DNA from: a virus
Reading direction: 5' to 3' (one strand)
DNA length: 38,152 bases
UHGV virus genome: UHGV-1370838
In this document: in pieces, positions 19,779 through 28,865 of the stretch
Layout: every line of letters begins with the position of its first letter
How positions within the stretch are numbered: the first letter of the stretch is position 1
Notes under the pieces: generated by a model
What the model saw: the letters and a program-made list of their open reading frames with translations, nothing else
Told to the model about the DNA's origin: nothing
Databases searched by the model: none
Position numbers and translations under genes: made by a program

Positions 19779-20320
19779 TACTTCACCTCCTGCGGCGGTT
19801 CCGGTAGCGGCATCCAGTGTGACGGTTTCCACGACGCACCAGGAATTATCCACCCATCATTAGCGTCAGGATGCCCCGGGATGTAAGTCGCCCATTTCAT
19901 TCGCCAGTCACCTTTCCTGTCAAACTCCACGGCAACAAGAACGGCTGTTTTGGTATTCGGCATTCGCTCACTACAGCTTATCCAACCATCCGGAGTTACC
20001 GGAGAGTTGCCATTTATATCGAAGTTTGGCTCTGCGTCCTGAACCAGGAGGATGTAACCATTCTTGGCAGTATCAAGTTCTAACGCCTCGGTGACGGTAC
20101 CGAAATAGCGATTACCTAAATCAGCATCACAAGTGCTTACATCAATGGAAACTTCCATCCCTTCGATTAATTCTGGCAAGTTGTAAGTTTGGCTTACAGG
20201 CTCTGCTTCCAGTGATGCCAGTGCAATTCGTGCCAGTTCCATTTGTTCGCCACGAGTAAGTCCGTTATCAAGCGGATTTTTAATGAATAATTCGATACGT
20301 TCTTTGGTTATAGCGCTCAT
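19778..20320 (-). CDS. DUF551-like protein
   Basis: C-terminal HWMPLPEPP motif typical of DUF551 as I recall it; ATG with AAAGGAGAG SD. Confidence 0.65.
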   Translation of the reverse strand: MSAITKERIELFIKNPLDNGLTRGEQMELARIALASLEAEPVSQTYNLPELIEGMEVSIDVSTCDADLGNRYFGTVTEALELDTAKNGYILLVQDAEPNFDINGNSPVTPDGWISCSERMPNTKTAVLVAVEFDRKGDWRMKWATYIPGHPDANDGWIIPGASWKPSHWMPLPEPPQEVK

Positions 20321-20321
20321 A

Positions 20322-20942
20322 TCACTCTCCTTTGATGCGAATGCCAGCGACGCGTGGCACATTAACTTCCACGATGCGCACAGTTGGTTTGTACATCTCA
20401 ATCGCTGTCAGCCAGTCAGCGCCAGTCATGCGCTTTTCTGCATCGCCATTAGTCCACTTAACCGGTACACCAATAGCCTTCATCGCGATTTCTATTTCCC
20501 CGGCAATGGCGCTTTTTCCGCAACCAGTAAAACCAGAAACAACGACAAGAACTTCGCCTTTGGCTGGTTTTATTTCCCGCGCTTCCAGTTCTGCTATGCG
20601 CTTCTCTGATGCTTCAAGTAACGCCTGCTTATCGCGTAGCGCTTCTTCCAGTTCAGCAACATGGCACTCACTATCAATAAGGTTGTTCTCTGCGGCTTCC
20701 AGCTCAACACGCAGCTTCCCTACCGTTAGCGCAATATCCTCGTTCTCCTGGTCGCGGGATTTGATGTATTGCTGGTTTCTTTCCCGTTCATCCAACAATA
20801 CCAGCGCGATATCTGGCGAAAAGTGCTTCATAAAATCGTTAAGCGCATTAATTCGCTGATCGAAAGGCATTACAGGTGCTTCACCAGCAATTTTTGTTTT
20901 TTCAGCGATTTCACGAAGCTTTTGATAATCAATCTTGCTCAC
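20322..20942 (-). CDS. Ead/Ea22-like protein with C-terminal P-loop motif
   Basis: Coiled-coil N-half; GFTGCGKS Walker A-like motif near C-terminus; GTG start overlapping upstream stop. Confidence 0.6.
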   Translation of the reverse strand: MSKIDYQKLREIAEKTKIAGEAPVMPFDQRINALNDFMKHFSPDIALVLLDERERNQQYIKSRDQENEDIALTVGKLRVELEAAENNLIDSECHVAELEEALRDKQALLEASEKRIAELEAREIKPAKGEVLVVVSGFTGCGKSAIAGEIEIAMKAIGVPVKWTNGDAEKRMTGADWLTAIEMYKPTVRIVEVNVPRVAGIRIKGE

Positions 20943-21694
20943 TGGTTGCCTCCTTTGCGAAGCTGGGCAGCAAAGTCAACTAACCACTCAGTCATTTCAA
21001 CCTTCCCTACCAAGTCTGAACCAGGGTGCATACAGCAATCACTCTGCGCCGCTTTGAAATCCTTATACTCATATTCTTGGGCCACCAGATTTTTTGCAGC
21101 TTCTATAGCAGCATCCACCCCCTGCGCCCGGACTTCAGCCAGGAAAGCGTCGGTGGCTGGGGTTTCGATATTAGGCAGAAGCGCATAATCGCAAATCGTA
21201 TCGATCGCAGGATCACAACAGTCATCCTCGTTGCGTGGTCGTTCGCCAACCTTCGTTGACGATTGCATGATGATTCCCCAGCAAATACTATCGACCTCTT
21301 CGCTCCATCCATCGCAAGCATCACCGCGATAGTCGTCGATTGCAGCCTCAGCCGATTCGATAGCTTCCTCAGCAGTTTTGTGCCATTCGAAATTATGCTC
21401 AGAGCCATATGAGAAATATGAATGTCCCGCCTTCAGCCCCGCATTCTCCGCCGCCAGCGCCGAAAACTTCTCGTGTGCCAACTTAACAGCCGAATCAGCC
21501 TGCTTAATTGACTCAATCGCTCTCTGGTGGTCTTCGGCCAGCGCATTAGCACGCACCAGTTGCACTTCCAGTTGCGTTGCCAAATCGCTGATCAGCTTTG
21601 CCACACTGCGCATATCAACGGCACCACATTCTGCTTTCAGTTCCGAAGCCATCTCATGCCCGGCGGCAACTAACCCTTTGATATTACTTTCCAT
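20939..21694 (-). CDS. Ead/Ea22-like Cys-rich protein
   Basis: 251-aa ORF; GAGGG SD; several CC/CxxC clusters. Confidence 0.55.
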   Translation of the reverse strand: MESNIKGLVAAGHEMASELKAECGAVDMRSVAKLISDLATQLEVQLVRANALAEDHQRAIESIKQADSAVKLAHEKFSALAAENAGLKAGHSYFSYGSEHNFEWHKTAEEAIESAEAAIDDYRGDACDGWSEEVDSICWGIIMQSSTKVGERPRNEDDCCDPAIDTICDYALLPNIETPATDAFLAEVRAQGVDAAIEAAKNLVAQEYEYKDFKAAQSDCCMHPGSDLVGKVEMTEWLVDFAAQLRKGGNQ

Positions 21695-21755
21695 CTTTAC
21701 CCTCGCTTATCCACATAACTTATTGATTACATTGATAACTAAAAAGATCGTCGAT

Positions 21756-22100
21756 TCAGAACTCTTCGATGTTCCAGCCACCACCTGCTTTCTTTGGCTT
21801 AACCGTTACCCCGATGATTCGGAACGGATACTGATCTGCGGCGACTTTGGTTTTCACCCTGGCGTCGTCGGTCCAGAAACCTTTCACTTCGTGCAGTTCC
21901 ATCTCGCCGGTGGCGAGCATCACAGCAAAATCGGGCGTATAGAACGTGTTGTCAGCTAACCGCAACTTGATACCCTCGAATCGATACCAGGCGATTTCCC
22001 CTGCACGTTTACGCTGCTCAAGGTGCTGGCAATACGCAGATTCTGTTTTGTTCATCTGGCCTGTTTTGAGTCGACCAAGAGCCTGTATCTGTTTTCTCAT
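21756..22100 (-). CDS. PD-(D/E)xK nuclease-like protein (DUF1064-like, putative resolvase)
   Basis: 114 aa; PDFAV...ELHEVKG motif; first gene after an operator pair. Confidence 0.55.
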   Translation of the reverse strand: MRKQIQALGRLKTGQMNKTESAYCQHLEQRKRAGEIAWYRFEGIKLRLADNTFYTPDFAVMLATGEMELHEVKGFWTDDARVKTKVAADQYPFRIIGVTVKPKKAGGGWNIEEF

Positions 22101-22103
22101 GAT

Positions 22104-22180
22104 TTACCTCTAAGGTAATTAGAAACCACATAAGACACGAAATCAATAGATTTTAGAATGTTTTGTTACCTGATAGGTAA
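22104..22180. promoter_or_regulatory. two operator palindromes TTACCTCTAAGGTAA (22104-22118) and TTACCTGATAGGTAA (22166-22180)
   Basis: Perfect TTACC-N5-GGTAA copies, centres 62 bp apart, between P-like stop and DUF1064 start. Confidence 0.6.
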
Positions 22181-22217
22181 TTATTGAGACGTAAAAAAAT
22201 GCGCTATCGCGCTGGTA

Positions 22218-23018
22218 TTACTTGATAAATCCTGCCGCCTTTCCCCGCCTGTATTCCTCCATCAGCCACTGCGCCGGTGTTATTCCCCCAAGGGTGGCGG
22301 CGTTAGGCATGCACCCGAAACTTCGCCCTGGTGGATGGTAAACGTCTCTCCCTGTGTCCGGAGGCGTACTCATGGGCTCTGGCTTTGCCTGTATGCTGAT
22401 CACCGGATCGGGTATCTGCTGTCCGGAAGCCACCTTTTTCGCCCAATCATCGAGCAGCCTGCGTGCGTGTTTCTCAACCTCAATCTCGCTAAGCTGGCGC
22501 TGATACATTGCACGGCGGGTATCACATACGACCCAGTACATAACCGGATGTCGCCACGGGAATCTTTCGGGACCACCAGGATATAAACTTTTTTCCTTGC
22601 TGTACCGGTGAAACTCCGCCATCACATCGTCAATGGTGACGCCAAGAACCATCTTGCTGTCTTTGCACCACTTGATAAATTGCCCTGGAGACGGCCAGAA
22701 CGGAGATTCACTGGCGCGGGCGTGGCGCATACCAGCAGAAACCTGTTCACGGGTTCGGATCCCCCCTTCGGCAAACGCAGCAATCCACTGCTGTTTTGCA
22801 GCAACTTCCTGCTCTGGCGTCTTCAGGTTGGTTACCACTGCCGCCGGAAACAGTTGTTTCAGCTGTTTAAAAAGGGCATCAACAAGCCTCTCTGCTGACA
22901 TGTTCACCACATTGTCATTGTTGACGTACTGATGCTCATAACCTGACATGCGAGAAAGGGCTTCTCCGTCACGGTTTTGTATCGCGGTAAAAACGTTGTT
23001 CACAAGAAATCCTCCCAT
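22218..23018 (-). CDS. replication protein P-like (helicase loader)
   Basis: GMRHARASESPFWPSPGQFIKWCKD closely matches the lambda P motif as recalled; start overlaps O-like gene. Confidence 0.8.
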   Translation of the reverse strand: MGGFLVNNVFTAIQNRDGEALSRMSGYEHQYVNNDNVVNMSAERLVDALFKQLKQLFPAAVVTNLKTPEQEVAAKQQWIAAFAEGGIRTREQVSAGMRHARASESPFWPSPGQFIKWCKDSKMVLGVTIDDVMAEFHRYSKEKSLYPGGPERFPWRHPVMYWVVCDTRRAMYQRQLSEIEVEKHARRLLDDWAKKVASGQQIPDPVISIQAKPEPMSTPPDTGRDVYHPPGRSFGCMPNAATLGGITPAQWLMEEYRRGKAAGFIK

Positions 23019-23815
23019 GCTTCAGGGCTGTTCCAGTGCGGAACGTTGTTATCAGGTAATGTTGATTGCTTCTGTCTGCTAATCTGCAGCCGCCTTGCCA
23101 GCTTCTGCTCCCACTGTGCCTGATGGTATGCCTTACCCTCAGCCATCCAGTAAATTCTGAACTCTGCAAGTTCCTGTGCCGTTGGCAGACTGTCCAGGTA
23201 GATCCCCTGCAATGAGCTTTTCCGAAGAAAGTCATCTGATGGCTGCCATTGTTCATGCATGACAAATTTGCCTAATTGCCCTGGCCCACCAGGAGGAACA
23301 AAGTTATTCATCACGGCGTTGTTTGCGCCGGGGTCATTAGGCACAGAATCCCCGCTTTTTGTCCTGCTCTCCCTCTCTTGGTTAAATGACTGGTTATATG
23401 ACTGGTTCTGGATCCCGTTTTTGGGATCATTCAACATCCCGTTTTTGGGATCATTCAACATCCCGTTTTTGGGTATATTCCCGTTTTCGGTAACATTACC
23501 GTTTTCGGGTTCATTACCCCCTTCTCGGTTGCCTTTAATGTTCCCGTTTTTGGTTATATTAAGAGAGAAAACCCGCACTCTTTTCGTCGCTCCCTTTCTC
23601 TCTCCGGTATCTGAAATAAGCCCCATTTTCATGAGCGATATAAGTCCGGCCTGCACGGTTTTTTTATTCAGGCAAGTGTCTTTAACGAGGCGTTCTATGC
23701 TGGGGTAGCAGAGGTTATATTCATCGGCTCTGTCAGCCATCGAGAGCAGTATGAGCTTTAATGATGAGCTACCTGGATCTGTCTCCCAGGCCCAATCTGT
23801 TGCATGTCTGCTCAT
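23000..23815 (-). CDS. replication initiator O-like protein
   Basis: N-terminal HTH-like domain; central NGN/KNG peptide repeats encoded by the DNA iterons; GGAG SD. Confidence 0.75.
   Translation of the reverse strand: MSRHATDWAWETDPGSSSLKLILLSMADRADEYNLCYPSIERLVKDTCLNKKTVQAGLISLMKMGLISDTGERKGATKRVRVFSLNITKNGNIKGNREGGNEPENGNVTENGNIPKNGMLNDPKNGMLNDPKNGIQNQSYNQSFNQERESRTKSGDSVPNDPGANNAVMNNFVPPGGPGQLGKFVMHEQWQPSDDFLRKSSLQGIYLDSLPTAQELAEFRIYWMAEGKAYHQAQWEQKLARRLQISRQKQSTLPDNNVPHWNSPEAWEDFL
23412..23560. repeat. replication origin iterons inside O-like gene
   Basis: ATCCCGTTTTTGGGATCATTCAAC twice in tandem, then degenerate copies (CCCGTTTTTGGGTAT, CCGTTTTCGGTAAC, CCGTTTTCGGGTTC, CCCGTTTTTGGTTAT); each has TCCC...GGGA dyad symmetry. 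Confidence 0.75.
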
Positions 23816-23830
23816 GATTAATCTCCGCTA

Positions 23831-24031
23831 TCAGCTTGAGTGTTGTGGGGAGGAATTAATCATGATCTGCTTAATCTCTGCCCTGATGCGACGGTTTGAT
23901 TCCATGGTGCACTCAACACAGTGTCCGTTGTAAACCCAGCGTTCACTGTCATGTCCGTGCTTACATGGTTTTCCGGTGTAGTAGCGTTTAAGTCCGCGCT
24001 TTGCGGCATCAATACGTGTAATGATTTCCAT
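23831..24031 (-). CDS. small zinc-finger-like protein at cII position
   Basis: ATG at 24029-24031; CKHGH...CVEC motif; between cro-like and O-like genes. Confidence 0.45.
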   Translation of the reverse strand: MEIITRIDAAKRGLKRYYTGKPCKHGHDSERWVYNGHCVECTMESNRRIRAEIKQIMINSSPQHSS

Positions 24032-24111
24032 GGTAAGCCCTGTTATTAGTATTGGGATTACGGTTATTTTGTGCTGACACAAAAAAAAGATCAACCATAT
24101 TTGGTTTTTTA

Positions 24112-24126
24112 TTACCTTTGAGGTAC
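24112..24126. promoter_or_regulatory. operator-like palindrome TTACCTTTGAGGTAC (1 mismatch)
   Basis: Read directly, upstream of Zn-finger/O/P genes. Confidence 0.45.
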
Positions 24127-24131
24127 GAATA

Positions 24132-24160
24132 GATATGAAAAGACCGCCGGATGGCGGTCT
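24132..24160 (-). terminator. hairpin AGACCGCC-GGAT-GGCGGTCT downstream of cro-like gene
   Basis: Perfect 8-bp stem; on minus strand followed by TTTTCAT. Confidence 0.55.
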
Positions 24161-24181
24161 ACAGAGGGTTGTGGCTGGATA

Positions 24182-24412
24182 TCATGAGTAGAAGAAGTAT
24201 GCCAGTTCTGCTTTTGAGCGCAGCCATTGTCTTGATTTACAGGCTTTAAAAAGCCCATCCATCAATACCTTACCTGGCATTTTGCGCTTACCTGTTAAGT
24301 GAGTCTGGATATAGTGACTCGTCGTTCCGGCTTCCTGTGCGAAGGCTTCACGCTCATCCGGAGTAAGTGCAAGCCAGTGCTTTTTGAAATCGAAATGTCC
24401 GTTATCGCTCAT
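24182..24412 (-). CDS. Cro-like HTH regulator
   Basis: 76 aa; HTH segment TSHYIQTHLTGKRKMP; divergent from CI-like gene across operator cluster. Confidence 0.7.
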   Translation of the reverse strand: MSDNGHFDFKKHWLALTPDEREAFAQEAGTTSHYIQTHLTGKRKMPGKVLMDGLFKACKSRQWLRSKAELAYFFYS

Positions 24413-24437
24413 AGCTATTGCCTGATATTTATTTCAG

Positions 24438-24511
24438 ATAATAAATATTCACCCATAAGGTAACAAAAATCAAGGATAGTTACCTATGGGGTGCATTTAC
24501 CTGTTGGGTAA
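24438..24511. promoter_or_regulatory. tripartite operator region between cro-like and CI-like genes
   Basis: Three operator copies at 24449-24463 (TCACCCATAAGGTAA), 24480-24494 (TTACCTATGGGGTGC), 24497-24511 (TTACCTGTTGGGTAA); minus-strand -10 TATTAT at 24438-24443 with -35 TTGTTA 17 bp upstream. Confidence 0.65.
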
Positions 24512-24566
24512 TATTGCTTTAAATTGAATCATCTACTGATTCATATATGAGGCGATTTTCCAGAAA

Positions 24567-25151
24567 ATGAAAAGTATCCAGGACGTCCGCAGGCAAAATC
24601 TCAACGACTTGATCGACCGTGAATTCAATGGTGTTCAGACGCGGATGGCAGAAAAACTTGGAACTCAGGCAAATCTGGTAAACCGCTGGGCTCTTGGCAA
24701 GAAGGTTATCGGCGACCAGGTTGCGCGAAAAATTGAAGCTGCCGCCAATAAACCCCGTAACTGGCTTGATATCGATCGCTCGCTTTCTCAGGAAGGTTTT
24801 CAGCCTGTCGGCCCAAGCGACATTGGTCAGCTGGCAGCTCACAACCTGGAACGCTGGATGAGTGAAAGCCGCGACCTTTCAACTCAGGGAAAACTTCACC
24901 GCGCATCCGGCGTCGCCCAGGTGACAATAAGCCGCCTGTTAAACAATGAGGTCAGCGTTTCCATTTCCACCCTGGAGAATGTTGCATCTGCATTCGGGCG
25001 TCACGGATATGAACTACTGATTCATCCGCATGACCCTGCGACCATCAACTATGATCGCTCGCGCTACGCATTGTTACCCGAAACCGAGAAAGCAAAGATC
25101 GAAAGTTACATTGAATTTGTCATCAACCAGAACGAAAAAAACAAACAATAA
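24567..25151 (+). CDS. CI-like prophage repressor with two HTH domains and no peptidase domain
   Basis: 194 aa; two XRE-type HTH segments (residues about 25-45 and 110-135); no Ser/Lys autopeptidase motif seen. Confidence 0.7.
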   Translation: MKSIQDVRRQNLNDLIDREFNGVQTRMAEKLGTQANLVNRWALGKKVIGDQVARKIEAAANKPRNWLDIDRSLSQEGFQPVGPSDIGQLAAHNLERWMSESRDLSTQGKLHRASGVAQVTISRLLNNEVSVSISTLENVASAFGRHGYELLIHPHDPATINYDRSRYALLPETEKAKIESYIEFVINQNEKNKQ

Positions 25152-25171
25152 AACCATATTTTTCAGTAAGT

Positions 25172-25196
25172 AAGCCGCCTTATGGCGGCTTTTTTA
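25172..25196 (+). terminator. intrinsic terminator after CI-like gene
   Basis: AAGCCGCC-TTAT-GGCGGCTT followed by TTTTTATT. Confidence 0.7.
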
Positions 25197-25208
25197 TTGC
25201 CTATTCGA

Positions 25209-25285
25209 TTACCTAACGGGTAATTTTTTTAACTCATATCTATTGACATCAAACCATATACGCATAATTATTACCTCAACGGTAA
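25209..25285 (+). promoter_or_regulatory. early-left promoter region with two operators
   Basis: TTACCTAACGGGTAA (25209-25223), -35 TTGACA (25243-25248), TTACCTCAACGGTAA (25271-25285) over the -10/+1 region; operator centres 62 bp apart. Confidence 0.6.
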
Positions 25286-25304
25286 CAGACCGAGGTAACA
25301 AGTT

Positions 25305-25457
25305 ATGCAGTGGAAAATCATCAACGGTTGGTACTGCGTTACTGCATGCGGATTCATGAGCTGGAAGTTCCGCACCTTACAGGAAGGCATTAAGTGGGCT
25401 TTCGTCAGCAAAGAAGCTCGCGATGTGGCCAACGATAACGAGATATGGGAGGGCTGA
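25305..25457 (+). CDS. small ORF, first gene of early-left operon
   Basis: 50 aa, not in the ORF track; ATG preceded by GAGGTAACAAGTT. Confidence 0.35.
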   Translation: MQWKIINGWYCVTACGFMSWKFRTLQEGIKWAFVSKEARDVANDNEIWEG

Positions 25458-25459
25458 TA

Positions 25460-25759
25460 ATGAACGTTAATCAGCAGAAAAATCTTCAAAAAATCATGCT
25501 GGCATTCGACAAGGACTACCGTCTGTCAGAACAGCTATATGACCGACAAGTTGAACTGATTGAGAGTATCCGGCTTCATCAACTGGCATCAACTTTCGAC
25601 GTTGTAACAGTTAAAGGCGTTCGCCAGGAAGTATTGGAGGCCGCTAAAGACAGCCCTGAGTTCGAAGAACTAATGGATGCCTACCGGCGCGAGGCAATGG
25701 CAATTATCGCCCGCTGGGATCTGGCTGATCAGCTTGATGGGCAGAGGGACGCGGCATGA
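25460..25759 (+). CDS. hypothetical early protein
   Basis: ATG with GGAGGG SD; directly upstream of the recombination pair. Confidence 0.5.
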   Translation: MNVNQQKNLQKIMLAFDKDYRLSEQLYDRQVELIESIRLHQLASTFDVVTVKGVRQEVLEAAKDSPEFEELMDAYRREAMAIIARWDLADQLDGQRDAA

Positions 25760-26577
25760 AACCGGGAATTTATTTCGACATCAGCAACGAAGACTACCAC
25801 GCCGGTGACGGCGTGAGTAAGTCGCAACTGGACATGGTTGCCAAGAATCCGGCGCTTCTTAAATGGGTTCAGGCAGCACCAGAAGACGAAGAGAAAAAGT
25901 CTGCACTGGATATGGGAACCGCATTGCACTGTCTGCTTCTGGAGCCTGGAGAGTTCGACAAACGCTTCATTGTTTCACCGAAATTCGATCGTCGGACGAA
26001 ACAAGGTAAAGCTGACGAAGAGGAATTTCTTCGTGATGTGGCGGATATGGGGATTACGGTACTTGATGCCGAGCAGTGGCGGAAACTGGAGCTGATGCGT
26101 GATAGCGCAATGGCTCACCCGGCGGCACGCTGGATGCTGGAAGCACCTGGTTACTGCGAAGCATCAATGTACTGGAACGATGAAGAGACGGGGGAGTTGT
26201 GCCGAATTCGTCCAGACAAATGGCTGAACGAGCACAACGTGATCGTCGACGTGAAAAAGGTTGCAGATATGGACCGTTTTGCACGCCACATCGAGGAATT
26301 CCGCTACCACGTGCAGGACGCAATGTACCGCGAAGGCGCAATGAGGGTTACTGGTCAGCCGCATGGTTTTTTCTTTCTTGCCGTGAGCGAAAGCATTGAT
26401 TGTGGTCGGTATCCGGTACGCGTGTTCGAGCTGGATGCGCAGGATGTCGATGCCGGGCACGCTCTGTTCCGCCGGGATCTGAATACCTATCACGAATGCC
26501 GCATCAATGATGAATGGGGCGGTGTGGAAATCATTAAACGCCCTGAGTGGGCACGCAAACAGGATATGTACATATGA
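25756..26577 (+). CDS. recombination exonuclease (RecE/YqaJ-like PD-(D/E)xK)
   Basis: 273 aa; D...VDVKK catalytic-like motif; translationally coupled to RecT-like gene. Confidence 0.65.
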   Translation: MKPGIYFDISNEDYHAGDGVSKSQLDMVAKNPALLKWVQAAPEDEEKKSALDMGTALHCLLLEPGEFDKRFIVSPKFDRRTKQGKADEEEFLRDVADMGITVLDAEQWRKLELMRDSAMAHPAARWMLEAPGYCEASMYWNDEETGELCRIRPDKWLNEHNVIVDVKKVADMDRFARHIEEFRYHVQDAMYREGAMRVTGQPHGFFFLAVSESIDCGRYPVRVFELDAQDVDAGHALFRRDLNTYHECRINDEWGGVEIIKRPEWARKQDMYI

Positions 26578-27515
26578 GCAACGACATCGCAAACATCAAC
26601 GCACCAGTAGACACAGCAATCGCTGGAACTGCTGCAACTATTTTCAGCCCAGACGGCTTGAACCAACTGATGAAATTCGCCGAGGTAATGGCGCAAAGCC
26701 GCGTAACGGTACCGGCGCACCTCGCCGGGAAACCAGCTGATTGCATGGCCGTGGCAATGCAGGCTGCGCAGTGGGGAATGAACCCGTTTGCCGTGGCTCA
26801 GAAAACCCATGTTGTGAACGGCACGCTAGGTTATGAAGCCCAATTAGTAAACGCAGTTATCTCAACGATGTCGCCAACAAAAGATCGCATCAACTACGAG
26901 TGGTTCGGGCCGTGGGAACGCGTGATCGGTAAGTTTGTTGAGAAAACATCCAAAAACGGCAATCCATATATCGCACCAGGCTGGACTCTAAAAGACGAAG
27001 AAGGCTGCGGTGTTCGCGTATGGGCAACCATGAAGGGCGAGGATCAACCTCGAGTGCTTGAGTTAATGCTGTCTCAAGCACAGGTAAGAAACTCCACACT
27101 TTGGGCCAGTGATCCGAAACAACAACTCGCATACCTTGCGACAAAACGCTGGTCTCGCCTGCACTGTCCTGACGTAATCATGGGCGTCTACACCCCAGAC
27201 GAATTACAGGAAACGGCACCGCGCGTTGAGCGAGACATTACTCCGCAAACGACCACTGCTGCGGGAATGAACAGTCTGATCAACGCTAAACCAGCGAAAA
27301 AGCCTGATGAGCAAACGCGTAAATCGGACAGCCGTGATCCAGAAGAAATGCTGATGGCCTTTACCAGCGCAGCGATGAATTACAGCACTGTCTCCGAACT
27401 GGATAAGGCTTACAAATACATTGCACAAAAACTTTCAGATGATGACGAACTGCTGGCAAAAGCAACCGACGTTTACAGCGTTCGTCGGGAAGAATTAAAC
27501 GAAACATCTATGTAA
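26574..27515 (+). CDS. recT: RecT/Bet-family single-strand annealing protein
   Basis: ATG overlaps upstream stop (ATGA); C-terminal ERDITPQ segment resembles lambda Bet as recalled. Confidence 0.7.
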   Translation: MSNDIANINAPVDTAIAGTAATIFSPDGLNQLMKFAEVMAQSRVTVPAHLAGKPADCMAVAMQAAQWGMNPFAVAQKTHVVNGTLGYEAQLVNAVISTMSPTKDRINYEWFGPWERVIGKFVEKTSKNGNPYIAPGWTLKDEEGCGVRVWATMKGEDQPRVLELMLSQAQVRNSTLWASDPKQQLAYLATKRWSRLHCPDVIMGVYTPDELQETAPRVERDITPQTTTAAGMNSLINAKPAKKPDEQTRKSDSRDPEEMLMAFTSAAMNYSTVSELDKAYKYIAQKLSDDDELLAKATDVYSVRREELNETSM

Positions 27516-27564
27516 CCACCACCGCGGCGCCACGTGCGCCGCACTGCAACCAAGAGAGGTATTC

Positions 27565-27813
27565 ATGAAAGGTGCATTAGGTAAGAAAGAACTCCTGGCG
27601 GTGGTGCCACTGTCATGGAGCACTATCGACCGTATGGAGCGCGCAGGGGAATTTCCTAAACGCTGGTATATCACCGATAAACGCTGCGCATGGAACCGTG
27701 ATGAAGTTGAGCGTTGGCTTGATGAACGTCAGGCAGCAAGCCCGGCAGAGTTCCAGGGTAAAAAGCCTCCTGTTCAGCAACGTGTATATCGTCCCGTGAG
27801 CAACGCTGCATGA
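27565..27813 (+). CDS. AlpA/excisionase-like HTH protein
   Basis: 82 aa; LSWSTIDRMERAGEFPKRWYITDKRCAWNRDEVERWL is typical of AlpA/Xis-type HTH. Confidence 0.7.
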   Translation: MKGALGKKELLAVVPLSWSTIDRMERAGEFPKRWYITDKRCAWNRDEVERWLDERQAASPAEFQGKKPPVQQRVYRPVSNAA

Positions 27814-27922
27814 GTGCGCTGCTAAGGCACTGGAGCAAATGGTCAGGATGGTACTTATTCCTGGCCTCTGTTTCAGCATGGCTTTATCTGCTGGCATTAA
27901 TTTTCAGAGAGGGTTGGATTAA

Positions 27923-28222
27923 GTGAGAAAGTTAAGCCGACTTGAAAAATATCACATGAATAAGGTTTCAATGCGCAGTCCGTCAAAGATTGTCGCCGTT
28001 ACTCCTGCGGCGATAGAGATCGAAAAACGCGCGATTGAAAGAGAGAAAAAAGGGCAATTCCGCATTGCCGCTCACCTTTGGCTTCAGTGTATGGATGTTG
28101 CTTCTGGTGATGTTGAACGTGCAAGGATCGCGGTTCGCAGGGACCAATGTATCACAAAAGGTAACGGCCTTCGCCGTGGCGACTATAGCGGCATAGGATG
28201 TTGTGGGGTGGTTTATGACTAA
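27923..28222 (+). CDS. small regulatory-like protein (possibly ANR family)
   Basis: AIEREKKGQFRIAAHLWLQ pattern; start uncertain (GTG 27923 or ATG 27974). Confidence 0.4.
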   Translation: MRKLSRLEKYHMNKVSMRSPSKIVAVTPAAIEIEKRAIEREKKGQFRIAAHLWLQCMDVASGDVERARIAVRRDQCITKGNGLRRGDYSGIGCCGVVYD

Positions 28223-28865
28223 GAAATACACACTAATCTATGCAGATCCACCCTGGGTATACCGGGACAAAGCCGCGGATGGTAATCGCGGTGCCGGTTT
28301 TAAATATCCGGTTATGAGTGTGCTGGATATTTGCCGCCTTCCTGTGTGGGATTTGGCCGATGAAAACTGTCTGTTGGCCATGTGGTGGGTGCCAACACAA
28401 CCACTCGAAGCACTAAAAGTTGTTGAAGCCTGGGGATTCCGTCTGATGACCATGAAGGGCTTCACGTGGATAAAATGTGGTAGTCGACAACCAGATAAAC
28501 TGGTTATGGGTATGGGACACATGACTCGCGCCAATAGTGAAGATTGCCTGTTTGCAGTAAAGGGAAAACTACCTCCACGCATTAATGCAGGGATCGTTCA
28601 GTCATTTACCGCACCGCGGCTTGAGCATTCAAGAAAACCAGATGTCGTTCGTGAAAAACTTGTGCAATTGTTAGGCGATGTTTCTCGCATTGAACTGTTC
28701 GCCCGCCAGTCGTCTCATGGTTTCGATGTTTGGGGTAATCAGTGCGAAGACCCGGCAGTGCAACTACATCCTGGATACGCGTTGGATATTGGCGGATTAA
28801 CAAATGCATTCAGCAATGCTCCGCTGTCACCAACAGACAACCAGGGGCGGGAGCGTGCAGCATGA
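28215..28865 (+). CDS. MT-A70 family N6-adenine DNA methyltransferase
   Basis: IYADPPW catalytic motif near N-terminus; ATG at 28215 with GGGGTGG SD. Confidence 0.8.
   Translation: MTKKYTLIYADPPWVYRDKAADGNRGAGFKYPVMSVLDICRLPVWDLADENCLLAMWWVPTQPLEALKVVEAWGFRLMTMKGFTWIKCGSRQPDKLVMGMGHMTRANSEDCLFAVKGKLPPRINAGIVQSFTAPRLEHSRKPDVVREKLVQLLGDVSRIELFARQSSHGFDVWGNQCEDPAVQLHPGYALDIGGLTNAFSNAPLSPTDNQGRERAA

Noticed and set aside
23380-23560. CRISPR-like or mobile-element direct repeats
   Set aside because: The tandem repeats here are contiguous iterons without spacers inside the replication initiator gene. No CRISPR array, IS element or transposase was seen anywhere in the window.
27524-27542. GC-rich hairpin GCGGCGC-CACGT-GCGCCGC after the RecT-like gene as an intrinsic terminator
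   Set aside because: Perfect 7-bp stem but no downstream U-tract; more likely an RNA-stability or attenuator-like structure within the operon, so not called as a terminator.
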